The position numbers and the translations under genes are program-made. The notes below the pieces were generated by a model that saw nothing but the letters and a program-made list of their open reading frames with translations, had not been told where the DNA came from and searched no databases. A stretch of DNA of 63,068 bases, counting the filler, from Hausera hauseri (taxonomy: Eukaryota): the NCBI GenBank assembly GCA_046269625.1. It is 11 parts of 11 records of this genome, joined end to end, with 100 filler letters (N's around TTAATTAATTAA, not from the genome) between each part and the next. Parts side by side here need not be neighbours in the genome. Positions count along the whole stretch, not along the records: positions 35,337 to 40,122 come from JBJURY010436249.1; positions 40,223 to 47,065 come from JBJURY010059662.1; positions 47,166 to 53,298 come from JBJURY010135762.1; 8 more parts are not named here. One strand, given 5' to 3'. Every line of letters begins with the position of its first letter. Position 1 is the first letter of the stretch. This document shows positions 35,337-49,147 of this stretch, in pieces.

Positions 35337-37400
35337 GGCTTGAAATTTATGTCCTTTCTAAGAGTGCGGAAGCAAGAAGTTTTGATGAAGGATTTAAGAT
35401 TGGGTTTCAGTGATAAGAATGATGAGAGCATATTATTGGAAGAGTCGGTGGCTGTAATTGATGTAGAATTACGGAACACTTTATTAATGATATTTGGTTC
35501 AATCGATTGTTTCAAGATTGATTTGTTCTCACTTGATAAAATTGAAAATATTGGTGAACTATTAAGCGTGTTGTTATCAGTTGATGAGGAGCATGTCAAA
35601 TTGAAATTTGAATGAACAGAGGAAGACAAGGTATCCGACTGGTCGTTTGGTGAGCATTTGTTGGTATTTGCAACGGAGTTTCTACGCAGAAGGCATCAAT
35701 GCTTACAGTCGACTAACAAATCGTATGCAGCCAGGAAATCGGAGCCTATTATTGGCGATCTGATGTTGGCTATGTGAAATTTTTAGGAGAATTTCCCTGC
35801 AAGGTTGGAGAATGTGAAAGACAGTTTGGTGGTACCTACAATGTTCAAAGGTTGACCACAGGCAGTGAAGAGTGGAGAAGAGAAAACTGTGTTAGATGTA
35901 GGAGCGAAGGACAAAGCAAGAAGTGAAAAGGCAGCTCCTGAATCAATGAGGAAGTTTATGTGTAAGGTGTCTCCAAATAACATTTTAGCCTTCAACAGAA
36001 AGACTACAGAGGCGGTGCGAAACGGCCAGAAGTTTGAGCGATATTGCATGTACCAGAATATGTTGTGGCATCTGGTGGCATTATTAGTTTTTTGAGGATT
36101 GTTGGAAAAAAGAAGAGAAATGATGAGTACGAGGAGGCGAAGAGAATGGAGAAAAACTAGAATTCATTTTATAATATTTGCATCCTGCACACACGACCTA
36201 GCCTTGGACTGATACTTTGTGTGATAGATGCAGATCGGGTTGTCTACTGCATAACGTTTATCGTAGAATCAACAATCTAAAACACACTTTCTTGCTTCGC
36301 TACCGAATTTATTGTGATAAAAACCAACTCGAGATTTAGACCGAGAATAATACCTGGTAAAGCTACGATTACGCAAAAAACGGTTTTAGTTTTCTCGGAG
36401 CATGGATAAGTCACTGAATTTGGCCGTGATCGCAGAAATTGCCTGTTTGAGTGTGTCGAATTGCTTCTGCATCATATGCAGTTGTTGTGCAAATAAAGTG
36501 TTATCTGTGTGCGACGGTGTGTTAGAGGTTGTTGGAGCTACTGACTGTGAACTATATGATTACAAAATGTCAAAACTTTTGTCTGCCAATAAGGCGAGCT
36601 TTTCAAGGGCCGTTGAGTCGTCTACTACTGTGAGCAGCGCTCTGATGGAGGTTGTCAGGATGAAAAAAAATACCGAAGAAGAAGATCGGCATTATTTACG
36701 GGAGTGACTCCCAAGAAGCTCAATTTCGAAATTCCAGTTATAAGGAAATCCGACGGCTTTTGATTTCCGATGGCGTGTTCATTAAAGTATTTCTGAATTA
36801 TGTTGTTAATGAAAGGGTCGGTGATATGCAAAACTAATTCATAAAGCATATCATATGGACTTGCAGAAGTAATTATGTCAGCAAAATTGTTGATTTTCTG
36901 CTTGATATTAGCTGGACGTAGTAGTAGCAAACTGTTCGCCCTCAAAAAGGAGTCTGTAATATGATTGGCTCTAAGCCATTGCAAATGGATCTGTAACGAA
37001 GTGCGACTCGAATTGCTTTTATCAAGAAAAAATATGTGCAAAAAAGAGTTGGAGATGTAGTTGGTGTGGGGTCGGCAGGACGACGACCAGATCTGGGTTT
37101 GGTTAAATTTTCGGCCGAAGGGTCAGGGTCTGATTCACCACAAATACGAAAATAGACAGTGAGAATCATTGAATGTTTCCCGGATGCAAAGGGTAGCAGA
37201 GTCGGAAGGTAACAGAGTCAAGCCATTGTGCATGCAATAAAAGTCAGAGGAGCCGAAAAAGGAAGACAATGCAAAATAAAGGATGTGTGCCGTATGTTTG
37301 TATGCAACCCACAATAAGTACACGTTTATTATTGGAAAAAAGAAACAAAAAAGGAAGGGGATGTGGTGCAGCGGGGGCGGACATGCTCGGTCCCTCAGCT
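35337..37400 (-). mobile_element. CsRn1-like gypsy: probable LTR/PBS, gag with two CHCC-type knuckles, protease
   Basis: TGGTGA PBS-like site at 37140; QKPSDFL; FYHNKFGSEARKCVLDC and ICIYHTKY; FLIDSGAAFSLL. Confidence 0.75.
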
Positions 37401-37754
37401 ATGCAGTTTATCAAATGCACCGTAAATGTAGTAAGATATCTAATCATAAAATTACTTCTAAAAGTTCCAATGGACTGTGTAGTCTGAGTTGTCACAAAGA
37501 CGTCTGCAGTATTTGTGGTAGACCCCAATGAACCTGAATTATCCGGCGTAAAACTGGTTGAAATGGGCCAAGTTTTAATACTGTCTTCATAGACAGTAAC
37601 ATAAATATTACCATTAAAGTTGGAGAATGATTTTGTATCGGTGACATGTCGAACTCTTGTTGTCTGTGTATACATCTGATCCACATTTGTCAGTCGATTG
37701 AAGATCATTAGTGTTTATTTTCACAGTAATGTTATAGAAATGTTTATTCGAAAC

Positions 37755-39545
37755 CTCTTTGGACATGCTCGTATACGCATAACGGTCCGTCTCAATGATG
37801 ATTGCATTACCGGATTGTGGATGGAGAGCAAAACGCCGTGGTGTATAACTTAACGGATGGCTGATTTGATTGAAAATTGTACCCAGTTTTTCCAGTGCCA
37901 GAATACGCAACGAATTTTGACAAATAGCAACAATTCCTTCAGGACATTGTTCGGAAGAAAAACTGCTTGCATATTCCAGTGCTTCATAACTCAACGGAGT
38001 GAGATGGAATCTATTCTGATACGTGTAGTTCAACCATGGACGAGTGGAAATGGCCAAAACTGCTTCACTGCCCTGGACCATAATTCGGAACAATTTGACC
38101 GGTTGGTTACCGAGATATCGAGTTCTCGTGTCTGACAATTCACCTTTAACTGGATCTAATACAGTTCGTAATAGACCACCATTTTGAAGACCGATGTTAA
38201 GATATAAAATGCCAGCATTAACTTGAGATTGGTCTTCGAATGATTCACCACCACCGAGTTCGGCAATGCACAGTGATTCCGGATTGACGGGTAAACTTTG
38301 CATCGTTAACTGAATTAGACATGCTGATGGATCCAAGTTGTAAATACGGACTGTCTGGTCTGCCAACCCAACCGCTAAGAAACGAGATCGTTGTTCATCA
38401 GGCGGAACAGAACCAAGGGCCATGCAGGTAATGTCAACATTGGTTTCTCGACGACCTTGGAATTCATTGAGCTGACCGGAATTTGCGTCCATTTCAAAGT
38501 AGACAAGTTCATTCCCAGTCAATGCAATTACGACTTGACGAAGATTTAAAGCACATTTGATAATGGACCTTTTCTGCGGAACTCGCCAAACGTGCACTCG
38601 CCTGTCAGGCCTAATGTGACGAATACCTTCTGGATAAATCTGGACCAAAGCATCTTCACCTAACTGCGCACACATTAGAGTTGGAGTTGTTCCCAAAAAA
38701 CCACTATCGGTTACTTCTTCAACCGTTTCGCCAATCGATAAAACCAGAGTTGCATTAACGAATGAAACGACGATATATGCATCATACTCTTCATCGGACG
38801 TTCTTTTTACAGTCCACACAGCATTGGGATGACCAGGAAGGTCGGATTTTGCCATAACGGAAACTTCTAAACCATGTGACAACAATCTTAAAGACGATCG
38901 TGGACCACGACCACAGAGTAAAGCTAACTGTGGTGTATCCTCATTGGCCAGATCGGCAATGTGACAGCACGTATAAGGATCTAAACTAGTGATTTCATCA
39001 ATAGACTGAAGATTTTTAAGTCCTCTTGGCGCAAAATAAAAGTATCGCCTTCTTCTAAGGGCATTGCTGATAAAAATTCAGGCTCGTCGTCACCATCACC
39101 GAGATTCGTAATTTGGTACAAGTATTGATTACCAAATTCTCTAGCAAAAAACAAAAATCCTGTTTTTAGGACACACATGGATGTTGCAATTGGAACTGTA
39201 TCGAAATACTTCAAACGCATTTCTCGTACTATCTCATCATCTGTCTCTAAGGTAATCTTGAAAATGTCACCTTGTTCAGTTTCTGCCAAGAAAAAGTTTT
39301 TTCTTTGGTTGATCACTAAAATTCTTATACGTAATGTAATTTTCTGAGCAAATAATAACACCCGAAGGACCTTATTTTCCACCGGGAACAGAGATTGAAA
39401 AGTTCGCATTCTCTTCTAATTTTTCACAACTTTCTAACTACATGATTCAAGCCTAAATCCAATTCATAATAAGTGAGGTGTTTACGAATATCTTCAATAA
39501 CTTTTCCAGTAGTGTCAAAATCAGCCTCGGAATAATCAATTTCAA
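37755..39545 (-). pseudogene. SF3B3: Splicing factor 3B subunit 3 internal fragment, disrupted at its 5' end
   Basis: [68 protein letters not shown]; TAA at 39374, deletion near 39305, frameshift near 39040. Confidence 0.93.
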
Positions 39546-39584
39546 TCGAATATTCTCTCGGTTTATAAACGGCTTAATGTTGAC

Positions 39585-40122
39585 CCAATGGAACAATTCC
39601 AATTCGGCAGTTATGTTCGGAAAATCCTGCAAAACTTCAATTAATTTCTGTCGAGGAATAAAGCAATACGAATAAAGATCATCCAGACTATCCGTTGCCA
39701 ATTCCAGTAATCGTTCTTTCTCAAATTTATGTTTGGAGAAAAATGATAGGGCTTCAAAAAAACTTTCGAGGAACGGAATTCAAATCGAAATAACACCGTA
39801 CGAAATAATCCACGGTGATAACGTTATTCAGAATCAAATCTAGCAGGATAAAACACGAATAACTTGAAGAAATTGAAATAATAATAAGCTCACGATCGAG
39901 ATGTGTTAAATTAAAAAATAAAAACGTATCCTATGATGTATTTACCGGATAAACAACCAAAACGTCACCAATATTGTATTTGTTATTTTCTTTGTGAAAT
40001 TTCACGAGTCTTGTGTCTTGAAAATGTTCATTCGATGTCACTCGATCATTGGGTATAATACAAAATGGGGAACAGTTTTTTGATTTCACATAAACCAGAG
40101 TTGCTTTGACTGTGGTCAAATG
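39585..40122 (-). pseudogene. NDOR1: NADPH-dependent diflavin oxidoreductase 1, FAD-domain fragment
   Basis: NDRVTSNEHFQDTRLV, GDVLVVYPVN, DLNSVPRKFFE, EKERLLE, LYSYC..PRQKLIEVLQDFP. Confidence 0.85.
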
Positions 40123-40222
40123 NNNNNNNNNNNNNNNNNNNNNNNNNNNNNNNNNNNNNNNNNNNNTTAATTAATTAANNNNNNNNNNNNNNNNNNNNNN
40201 NNNNNNNNNNNNNNNNNNNNNN

Positions 40223-41860
40223 ATTAATATCGTTGGACGGAATGGAACGTATGTTGAGACGATCTCGTAGCATCTTCCATTGTGGATTGATGTACGGACA
40301 TTCGTCAATAATCAAACCAACAACTCATCCGATCCAAATGAGTGTGGAACACCAGCATTGTAAACAGGCCAAGGAAACCGGAAAACTAAAATGGAAGAGT
40401 ATGGAACTAGACATGAAACCAGGAAAGATAATTAGGACATATAAAGTAGTGGTTGGAAGGCTAGACATGCATAATGGACATTGCAATAAAGCAGAATACG
40501 ACACCGAAAAAGGATTAGAAGCAAACGTAGTGGTCGGGGATTTCTATGAATCGGAGATGCGAGTACAGAAAGTAATGTTCCATAGCTTCACCAAACTACA
40601 AATCGAGAATGAAAAATGCCATTTACAAGACGGAACCTGTGCCTTCAGAAGTTCTGTTATAATATGGGAACCTTCCTCTGGAAGTAACTGTAATTTTATC
40701 AAAATCAAGGAATTGAAATTCAACGAAACTACCGGCAAACGGTATGTAGACAAATCTTATACCAACTCAAGGACACACGAGGATGTTGCAGAATACCCTA
40801 CACCTACTATATTGATTTCCGACCAGCATGGACTAAAATTTATCAAGAAAGAAATGATCACTCGTTGTGAATTGGTGATGTTCGCCACTAATTATGAAGC
40901 ATTTTCGTCGCAGAAACGGAAATAAATGCGAAAACGTACAAGGTAGAAACGCAGGACATCCGGATTGAGAATTACGTGAAAAACCGAGATGATTACTTTT
41001 ATTACAAAAGACAAGTTGGAATAACCGAATTATATCACAAAATGATAACGAACAATTATAAATTAGATATGGAAATCATTAGGACAAAATTGGATCTCAT
41101 CTACGTTAACCCTGAGTTAGACTTTCCAATAATTCCTGAGAGAAGGAATTTTCGGTAGAGTTACCGATGAAGTCCTACTGACTTATGAATGTAAGAAAAG
41201 AGACGTACCAATCAACGTTGAAGAAAAACATTGCATACAAGAACCTTCTGTTATTTACCAGAATTCTTCGAGGTTAGCCACGCCGCTTACTAGAGTGTTA
41301 TTAGACAATGCAACTGAACCAAAAATCCTTAAAGATTTTAAAACAAGCTTAGAAGAACCCATTTTTATACCTAGTGAAACGGATGGGTCAGTTTGCGAAA
41401 CGGAGGTATTACTGCCGCTCCAAATAAATTTACAGGAACAAATTTCGCAATAGGAATTACAGACGACAAATTTCAATATATCTCATCGAAAGGTATATAT
41501 AGGCCTAAGGAAATTGAAGCTTTCAGACAATTTCTTGCTTTTCCGCCACAACGGACACACGAGTTGAATCGAGCCATGGCCTCCGTAGTATATGATACTC
41601 TATATCAAGCAAAATGGTAATCACTACTTGGCGTAAACCATTATCAGCAAGTAACCACAGAAATACTCTACAAAATTTGGGGGAGATTTTTAATTTTTGG
41701 ACAAGCTGCATCCGGGTTTTTAGCAATATATTTCCTAATACAAATGATTAAAGCAGTCATCCAAGCAGAGATAAATGGATGTAAAATATTTACACTGACC
41801 GGATTTTCATGTAAAATACTAACTGCAATTACAACGCCTTTTGGAAAGTTCTTGAAAGCA
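40223..41860 (+). mobile_element. env: Class III (chuvirus G / gB-like) envelope glycoprotein, copy B, degenerate
   Basis: IFHCG, HCKQAKETG, CHLQDGTC..SVIIW, EVLLTYEC, PLTRVL, GIY..KEI...RQFLAFP, C-terminal hydrophobic IKAVI..EING...GFS..ILTA; about 76% aa identity to copy A over 106 aa (hand count). Confidence 0.82.
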
Positions 41861-42539
41861 TATGAAGAGAATAGATGGAAATCAAACGTAGAACGCCATG
41901 TCGGTTACCATAATCGTAAACGAAAAGGAAGACCGATGTTTTTGTACAAGCGGAAACTCACGAAAACTAACACGCGAAGAAATAATTCAGATGATGACTG
42001 GCCTAAGAGAGGAGAAGTATTTTCCAGAAAAGACAGACACCAGATGTATTCCGTCGTTAAAGCACCATTGCCCATGCTACCCTCTACTGCTCCAGTCTAT
42101 GAAGACTGCGACAAACGATTAATGAGCTCATATCAGACAGAAATTTATAAAAGACAATTAGTTTAGAAGATTTCTATGAAGGAACGAAACGTTATGGAGT
42201 CCTACGAAAAATGTGTTATCAACAGCCCATAGATGGTCCCAGAATATTGTATTCCCCGAGAAAATCTCGGAATATAGAGATAAGATCGCCTGTCTGGGAC
42301 AATCCAAGGTTAAAAACCTTTCGGAATATAGAACCACATACTAACAATCAAGAACCATTAATAAGTACCCATAAGACGGAAGAATTAAACATCGAAAACA
42401 ATAAACTGTATCCAAACGGGGAACTAAGACAATTAACGGAGAACATAGTATCCTCGCCGGAAATCCAAATTAATGGACATAAAATATCGACTATTAAACG
42501 CCCAAAGGCTGCATTAAACTGTTTTGAAACAGTAATAGA

Positions 42540-45500
42540 AGGAAGACCCTTCGCCAAAATCATTCTTGAAGACTGGGAAGTTTATGCATTAATCGATACA
42601 AGTTCTGAAATGTCCTACATTAAAAATGATTCAATCCCTCAAACGCTTAGAGACAGTTATACCCACCATCTACAAAAGATCCAAAAAGCACAGGAGCTTT
42701 TGGTCGAATGTCAAAACCGATATACAAATGGAACTCAGAAGTGCAAATAGCTGGACAATTTTTCCGTCATGAATTCGCAGTTATGGAACAATTAACTGAC
42801 GATGTAGTTTTAGGATGTAATCTATTAAAAAGACTATCGAATATAGCAATCGACTTAGAAACGGGAAAATTAATAGAAATTAGACCAAATAAAGGCGTAA
42901 AAAATGCTAGGGATAGAAAATTTGGGGAAGTGTGGATACCATCAGATAAAAATATCCAACCGAGAACAGAGATAATATTTTACGCACAAGTTCAACAAGA
43001 TGACGATCAACCGGTATATTTCGAACCAAAGGAGATATTAAATCCGATTATAACACTTAGTAACATACTGACAAGAGTGCGCTCCGGTCAAATACCAATT
43101 AGAACAGCAAATAGTGCACCGACCCCCGTGAAGCTTCATGCTTATACAACATTGGGAGATACATATAGAGTGTCAGCTATAACTATTGAAGAAAAACCTT
43201 ACAAATATGCCGAATTCCCACTGCATGTTGAAACTAAATTTTCCCCCGAATCTTATTGTCGATTCTATGAATTATTATGCCGCTATAAGTCGATTATTAC
43301 TAAGGACGATGAGGATATTGGTAGGGCAAAGGCATTAAAGTTGACTATTCCGCTTAAGAAAAAGCCTGGTTCGAATGAAGCGATGGATCTTGAAGATCAA
43401 AAGATGCCGAAATGGTATCCTCCGCCACATTCACTAAGGCACGCGATAACAATGCAAGTCGAGCGAGTGCTTAAGGCCAATATAATTAGGCCCATTTATA
43501 GACCTCGGTATTCACCAATCCTCATGGTCAAAAAGAAGGATACTACGAAACATCGATTCTGCATTGACTACAGAGCATTAAACAATCTCATGATGAAAGA
43601 TTCCTTTCCATTGCCATCAGTAAAAGAGGCTTTAGACAGACTCTCGGGAGCAAAGTGGTTTACCACACTGGATTTACAATCCGGATATTGGCAAGTAGAA
43701 ATCGAAGATGAAGACCGATATAAAACTGCATTCAAAACACTATGGTGTCTACGAGTTTAACGTCATGCCATTCGGTATTACTACCGGACCGGCCATATTT
43801 ACGAGTATGATGAACAAAATGTTATTGGGGATAGACCGTTCTTTTGCGTATCTAGATGACGTAATGATAGCATCAATGACGGCAGAGAAACATCTGAAAG
43901 ATATTGAACACATGTTAATGCGACTAGAACAGGCAGGACTGAAATTAAATCCGAAGAAATGTAAATGGGCTCAGAACGCAGTATCCTACCTTGGCCATAA
44001 AGTTGGAGAAGGAGGATCAAAGCCAGATAAATCATTACTAAACAAAATATCAGAGTGCATAGAACCACAAAATTAGAAGTAATTAAGGCATTGGCTAGGT
44101 CTTTGTGGATATTATGCGTCCTACGTGCCGGATAACTCGAAAATCATATACCGTCTACTTAAAAGGGGAATTAAATGGAAATGGACACACGTCGAACAGG
44201 AAGCTTTTGACGAAATGAAGATATTAACAAATGAACCAGTTTTACGAAACCCATACTTTAATTTACCCTTTATAATCAAGACAGATGCCGGTAAGGAAGG
44301 TATTGGATATTAATTAGCGCAGAAAAGAGAAGACGAAGAATTAGAACACCAAATTGCTTATGGAGGACGTTCTTTGAAGAAGGCCGAGAAAAATTATTCC
44401 GTCACTGAATTAGAAACCTTAGCCGTAAAAGAAGCGCTACGACATTTCAACGTTTACATACACGGGTAGAAAATCATAATTGTTGCTAATCATAAAGCCG
44501 TCACTACCCTAAAAGGACGAGCGAATAATCCAACATGCAGACTTAACATATGGATCGAAGAAATCTCTAGATACAATATCGGATTTCAGTATAGGCCAGG
44601 AAATAAGCATGTTAATGCCGACGCCCTATCGAGATTAAAAACCAAGGCGAGTGCAATTACTGTTATGAAGAAAAGTCAGCTTGAAGAAATAATAGATTGC
44701 CAACGCACCTTAACGATAGACAAAGCGATTAAAATCTCGACCGAACAAAGAAAGGATGGGATTATGCAGCAGATCATAGAATTTGCTGTAAAGGACACAA
44801 TACCAAAGGGACGACAATTACAGAATTATCTACGTAGACATAGACACAAATATTGCATTCTGAACAACAAGTGCCTCGAAAACCTTCTGCATTATGAACG
44901 AAAAGGAAGAAAACTGATAGTTATTCCGAAAAACTTACGAATGGAAGTTTTGATGTCGGAACATGATTCATATTTGGCAGGACACATGTCCTGGAAGAAG
45001 ACATTAGAGAGAATATCGAACAAATACTTTTGGCCCAGCATTTATATCGATGTAAAGAATTGGGTAAATGCTTGCGAAGTATGTGCAACTAAACAGAAAA
45101 AGACGAAGAATTACATGGCAGCGCTAAAACCAATCGCTGTACCAGATAGGCCTATGCAAGCCATGTCAATGGATATTGTAGGACCGCTTCCTACGACCAA
45201 CAAGAACAATAAATACATCTTGATTTGTATTGATCGGCTAACTCATTTTTTCGAGTTGATAGCACTAACCGATCAGAAGGCGGAAACCCTGGTCTAAGCT
45301 GTAGTCAGAAGAATCATTTGCCGATACGGACCCCCAGACCAAATATTAACAGATCGAGGAAGAAACTTTACCAGTGAACTATTCGAGAAGATTAGCAAAA
45401 TATTTGAAATCAAAAGATTAACCACGACTGCGTATCATCCTCAGTGAATGGAATGGTTAAACGAATGAATGCAACTGTCATACGCATACTATCAACAGTA

Positions 45501-46010
45501 GTAGCTAAAGACCAGAAAGATTGGGACGAATTTTTAGAAGGAACTCAATTTGCAATTAATATCACTCCGCATCTAGCAACAGGATTTACTCCTTTTTATG
45601 ATGTACGGACGTAAGGCTGCGTTATCCACAGACTTAGAAATGACGCCATACACAGTCAATCCCGAAGATTTAGAACAAAATTTTGCCGAAGTATTACAGA
45701 TGCGACTACACAAATGTTGGGAAATCGCCAAGGAGTTATCCCGAGAATATCAAGAACATTTTAAAAAGCAATACGATAGGAAGGCTAAGCCATACGATTT
45801 AGAAAGAGGAAATTGGGTTTATGTACATTATACGGCAGCCAAGAAAAGTTCATCATTAAAACTGACTCGTACAGGCCGAAGACCGTACGAAGCTATTAGA
45901 GTTACGCCAACTGCGGTATACATTAACATGAATGGAAAGGAAGAAGTCGCATCTGTAAAAAGATTTGTTAATATGGAGATACGGCCCAATAAACGTTATA
46001 ATTTACGTCA
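42540..46010 (+). mobile_element. pol: Ty3/gypsy pol: PR-RT-RNaseH-IN, degenerate
   Basis: LIDTSS 42589; RFCIDYRALN; LDLQSGYWQV; MPFG; YLDD 43849; TDAG; NYSVTELE; NADALSR; HHCC; DIVGPLP; TDRG; TTAYHPQ. Confidence 0.95.
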
Positions 46011-46049
46011 ACGCGAGATAAAAACTTCTTCAATAATTACTAGACCGAT

Positions 46050-47061
46050 ATCATACACTCAGATAATCTTAACACTATCGTTAATTGCTTCTTATATTCC
46101 GAGAACATAAACTCAATGGTGGGTTGACGAATCTACGCTATGCGACGTATACGGAATACGGAAAAGCGGACTAAAGGCGGAAAACACCCTAGCGAAGAAG
46201 AAACCAACAGCCAAAGAGATCCAAAAACAAGAAGACACTAGATTGTTACAATCAATGACGGTTCATTACTTCATGCCAGATGCCGTGTGTGTTGGATTTG
46301 AAACTTGGAGACCACATCACGGTTTCGGAAATTTTCAGATTATCCTATACGATGAAGCGACAAAAAAGGCGGAAAAATGCGATTTTGAACCCGGAGATTA
46401 TACCCAATGCTGCGACATGGATTTTTGACATACCTACATCCTTACTTATCGCATGTATTTTCCGGACTCAGCAGAAATCTATGTCAAAGTAAATCCACAA
46501 CTTCAGTTGGTTATTCCCCCTTGGCAGGGGCGATTCGGAAGGAATCCCGGCGAAATACTGCAATCCACCGATTCAGAGATAAGGTTATTAGATGAAAATA
46601 TAAAAAGTATAAATAAGGAAAAACAATGCATCCAAGTAGATGCCCGAATAGGATTAAACCTTAGTCAAGAAATTATTATTGTCTTTGAAGCGGTAAACGG
46701 GAAAACTCCGAAAATAGAATACTGTTCCGTCCGTGCCGGCGTGCAACATCCATGTTGTAAACTGCCATTAAACCGGGAATTCAAAATAAAATTTGACTTA
46801 TATGAAGTGCGACCGAACAAACCGAGTATACAACTACGAACCTATTATCCCGAAAATAGAATATGGAAAATATCAATAGAAACGACAACTAAAAAGCCGA
46901 CTACTCGGATTAGTACCTTTGCAAGGACCATTACGTCGGACAGTACGACTAAGAGAGAATTGGAAAGCATCCCTATAAAATATTTGGCACATCAATTCAA
47001 AATTGTGTTCTGTGCAGAAATTAAATTACGATATACACATAAGCTGCCGAACAACGTATAA
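46050..47061 (+). mobile_element. Post-integrase extension: signal-like segment, two Cys repeats, Thr-rich stalk
   Basis: Same frame as integrase, with single stops at 46108 and 46426; IILTLSLIASY; EKCDFEPGDYTQCC and EYCSVRAGVQHPCC; ETTTKKPTT. Confidence 0.65.
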
Positions 47062-47165
47062 TAATNNNNNNNNNNNNNNNNNNNNNNNNNNNNNNNNNNN
47101 NNNNNNNNNTTAATTAATTAANNNNNNNNNNNNNNNNNNNNNNNNNNNNNNNNNNNNNNNNNNNN

Positions 47166-48900
47166 ACACCCCTCGGAGGCGTGCGAATCGATAAATCAAT
47201 TTGAACATGTGCCAGTCGATTGTGCACAAGGAGCACTATCGATCGGTAATGCGCTAGGTGACGGTGCCATTAAACACCGTTGCTATGCACATTTTTCCGA
47301 TATTTCCAATATTTATGATTAGCATATGTGACCGGGTGCAATCGAGTGCAAAATCGATTCTCTATGTGAATGTGCAATTAAAATTTAAATCGGTCGAGTG
47401 GATTTCAAATAATATCGACTCGAAGGTAAGGTGGTGCAGACTTCACATAGTCTTTTAGGTCCTAAGGATTAAAACTTCGATACAACATTTAGTGGAGACA
47501 GATAGAAAGTCGAGTATTTCGATCTCGAATATAGAGTCGAATATTCAAAATTCAAAAAAAAATTTGGCCCAAATATCGAATATCAAACTTTTCGAAAAGT
47601 CTAGCAACAGAATCCGCTTCATCATTTCCAAATACCTCTTTATACTTTAAAGTTATTCCATGAAAATGTGTTATATAGGTACAAAATCAATATTTGAAAT
47701 TAAGCAATGTGCATTTTAAGCCCAGTGAAGCGGAAGTCGTTAAATCTATAAGCGGAGCTGGATAGGAAGTCATATAGTGTCAATCGGAATATGATGGTAG
47801 ATGATCGAATTCGAGCTTTCAAGTCGAATATTTAGCTATTCGAACTTGAAAACTCGGTCAACCGTACGTTATTTGAAGACTCTGATGGCTTTAGTCGATT
47901 GTTTATGCACGAAAACCTATAGGGCAATCAATATTGGTGCGGTGCAGCACACCGCGGTGGATTAAAACAAGGTTTAATAACAAGTAAAAAGTACATAAAT
48001 TACTAAGTAATTAAAACGGTGCTTATTTTTATTGCACAATTGAGGGTGAAATTCGAGATGAAGCACACTGAAATCTTTAAGCGTAGACAGATAGGAACCC
48101 ATATTTGGCGAATCTGAATCTGGTGTTAGATATTCGAATACATTATTCTAAATCGAACAATTATCGATTCGAACTCAAAAAGTCGATCAAGCATACGTTA
48201 TTCGAAGAATCTGATCAGTCCAATAAATTGCCCATATGCAAAAACCTATAAGGGAATCAAAGTTAGCACCATGCAGTGCACCGTTGTGGATTAAAACAAA
48301 GTTTGTCAATATGGTAAAAATTGCGTAAAAAATATTATGTAATTCAACGGTGCTCATTTGTTTTAATTAATTGGGTAATATTAAAGTGTGAATTTGAAGG
48401 TAAAGCACACTGAAATCGATAAATATAATAGCGCACACAGATAGAAAAGCATATATGGGAAATCCGAATCCGATGTCAGATATTCGAATACATTAATCGA
48501 AATCGATTAATTAACTATTCGAACTCGAAAACTCGATGCAACCTACATGTTTTGAAGAATATGATTGCTTTAATCGATTATCAATGTGCCAAAACCTTGT
48601 GTAGAAATAAAATGGGCTCTGTTCGATGAATCGTTATCGAGTAAATTAACATTGAAAAATTCACAAATGTGTGAGCTTTAATTAACTTGATTTTCAAGGT
48701 GAAGGGTGCAAAAATCGATGAAACTTTAAATGTAAATAGATATGAAAACATGTATGGGGAGTCAGATTATGGCGTCAGATGTTCGAATATCGGTTTACAA
48801 GTCGAATATTCAAATAATTTAATGCTCGAAAATCGATAATTTTAAGTGTGCACATGTTATTTCAATGTGAATTTCAAGGTGATGAAGCAGATTTAGCGAG
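47166..48900 (+). repeat. Complex repeat family with diverged ~260-350-bp subunits
   Basis: gatag(g/a)aa...ga(t)attcgaa block recurs near 47500, 47761, 48090, 48440 and 48738; homologous to 57170-58617 and 58718-59908. Confidence 0.85.
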
Positions 48901-49147
48901 CATAACATTTTTATTCAATTGATGCATTAAAGCAAATGTACAAATGCAGTATGTTAGCAATACAAGTACAACATGTTGACAACAATATGCAGTGCCCAAT
49001 TTACCCTACCATTAAAACTATTTATTTTTCCTTACGTGTTTTTGTTTTACTGCATCAATTATCAAATTAAAATAAAAGTCAATAAAAAATAGACAGTGCA
49101 CGTTGACATGGCTACATATTTCAATGTTTCCAAATTCACTTCCAAGA

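Noticed and set aside
42070-42100. PTAP/PSAP late domain in the Env tail (LPSTAPVY)
   Set aside because: Not an exact P(S/T)AP match and seen in one decayed copy only
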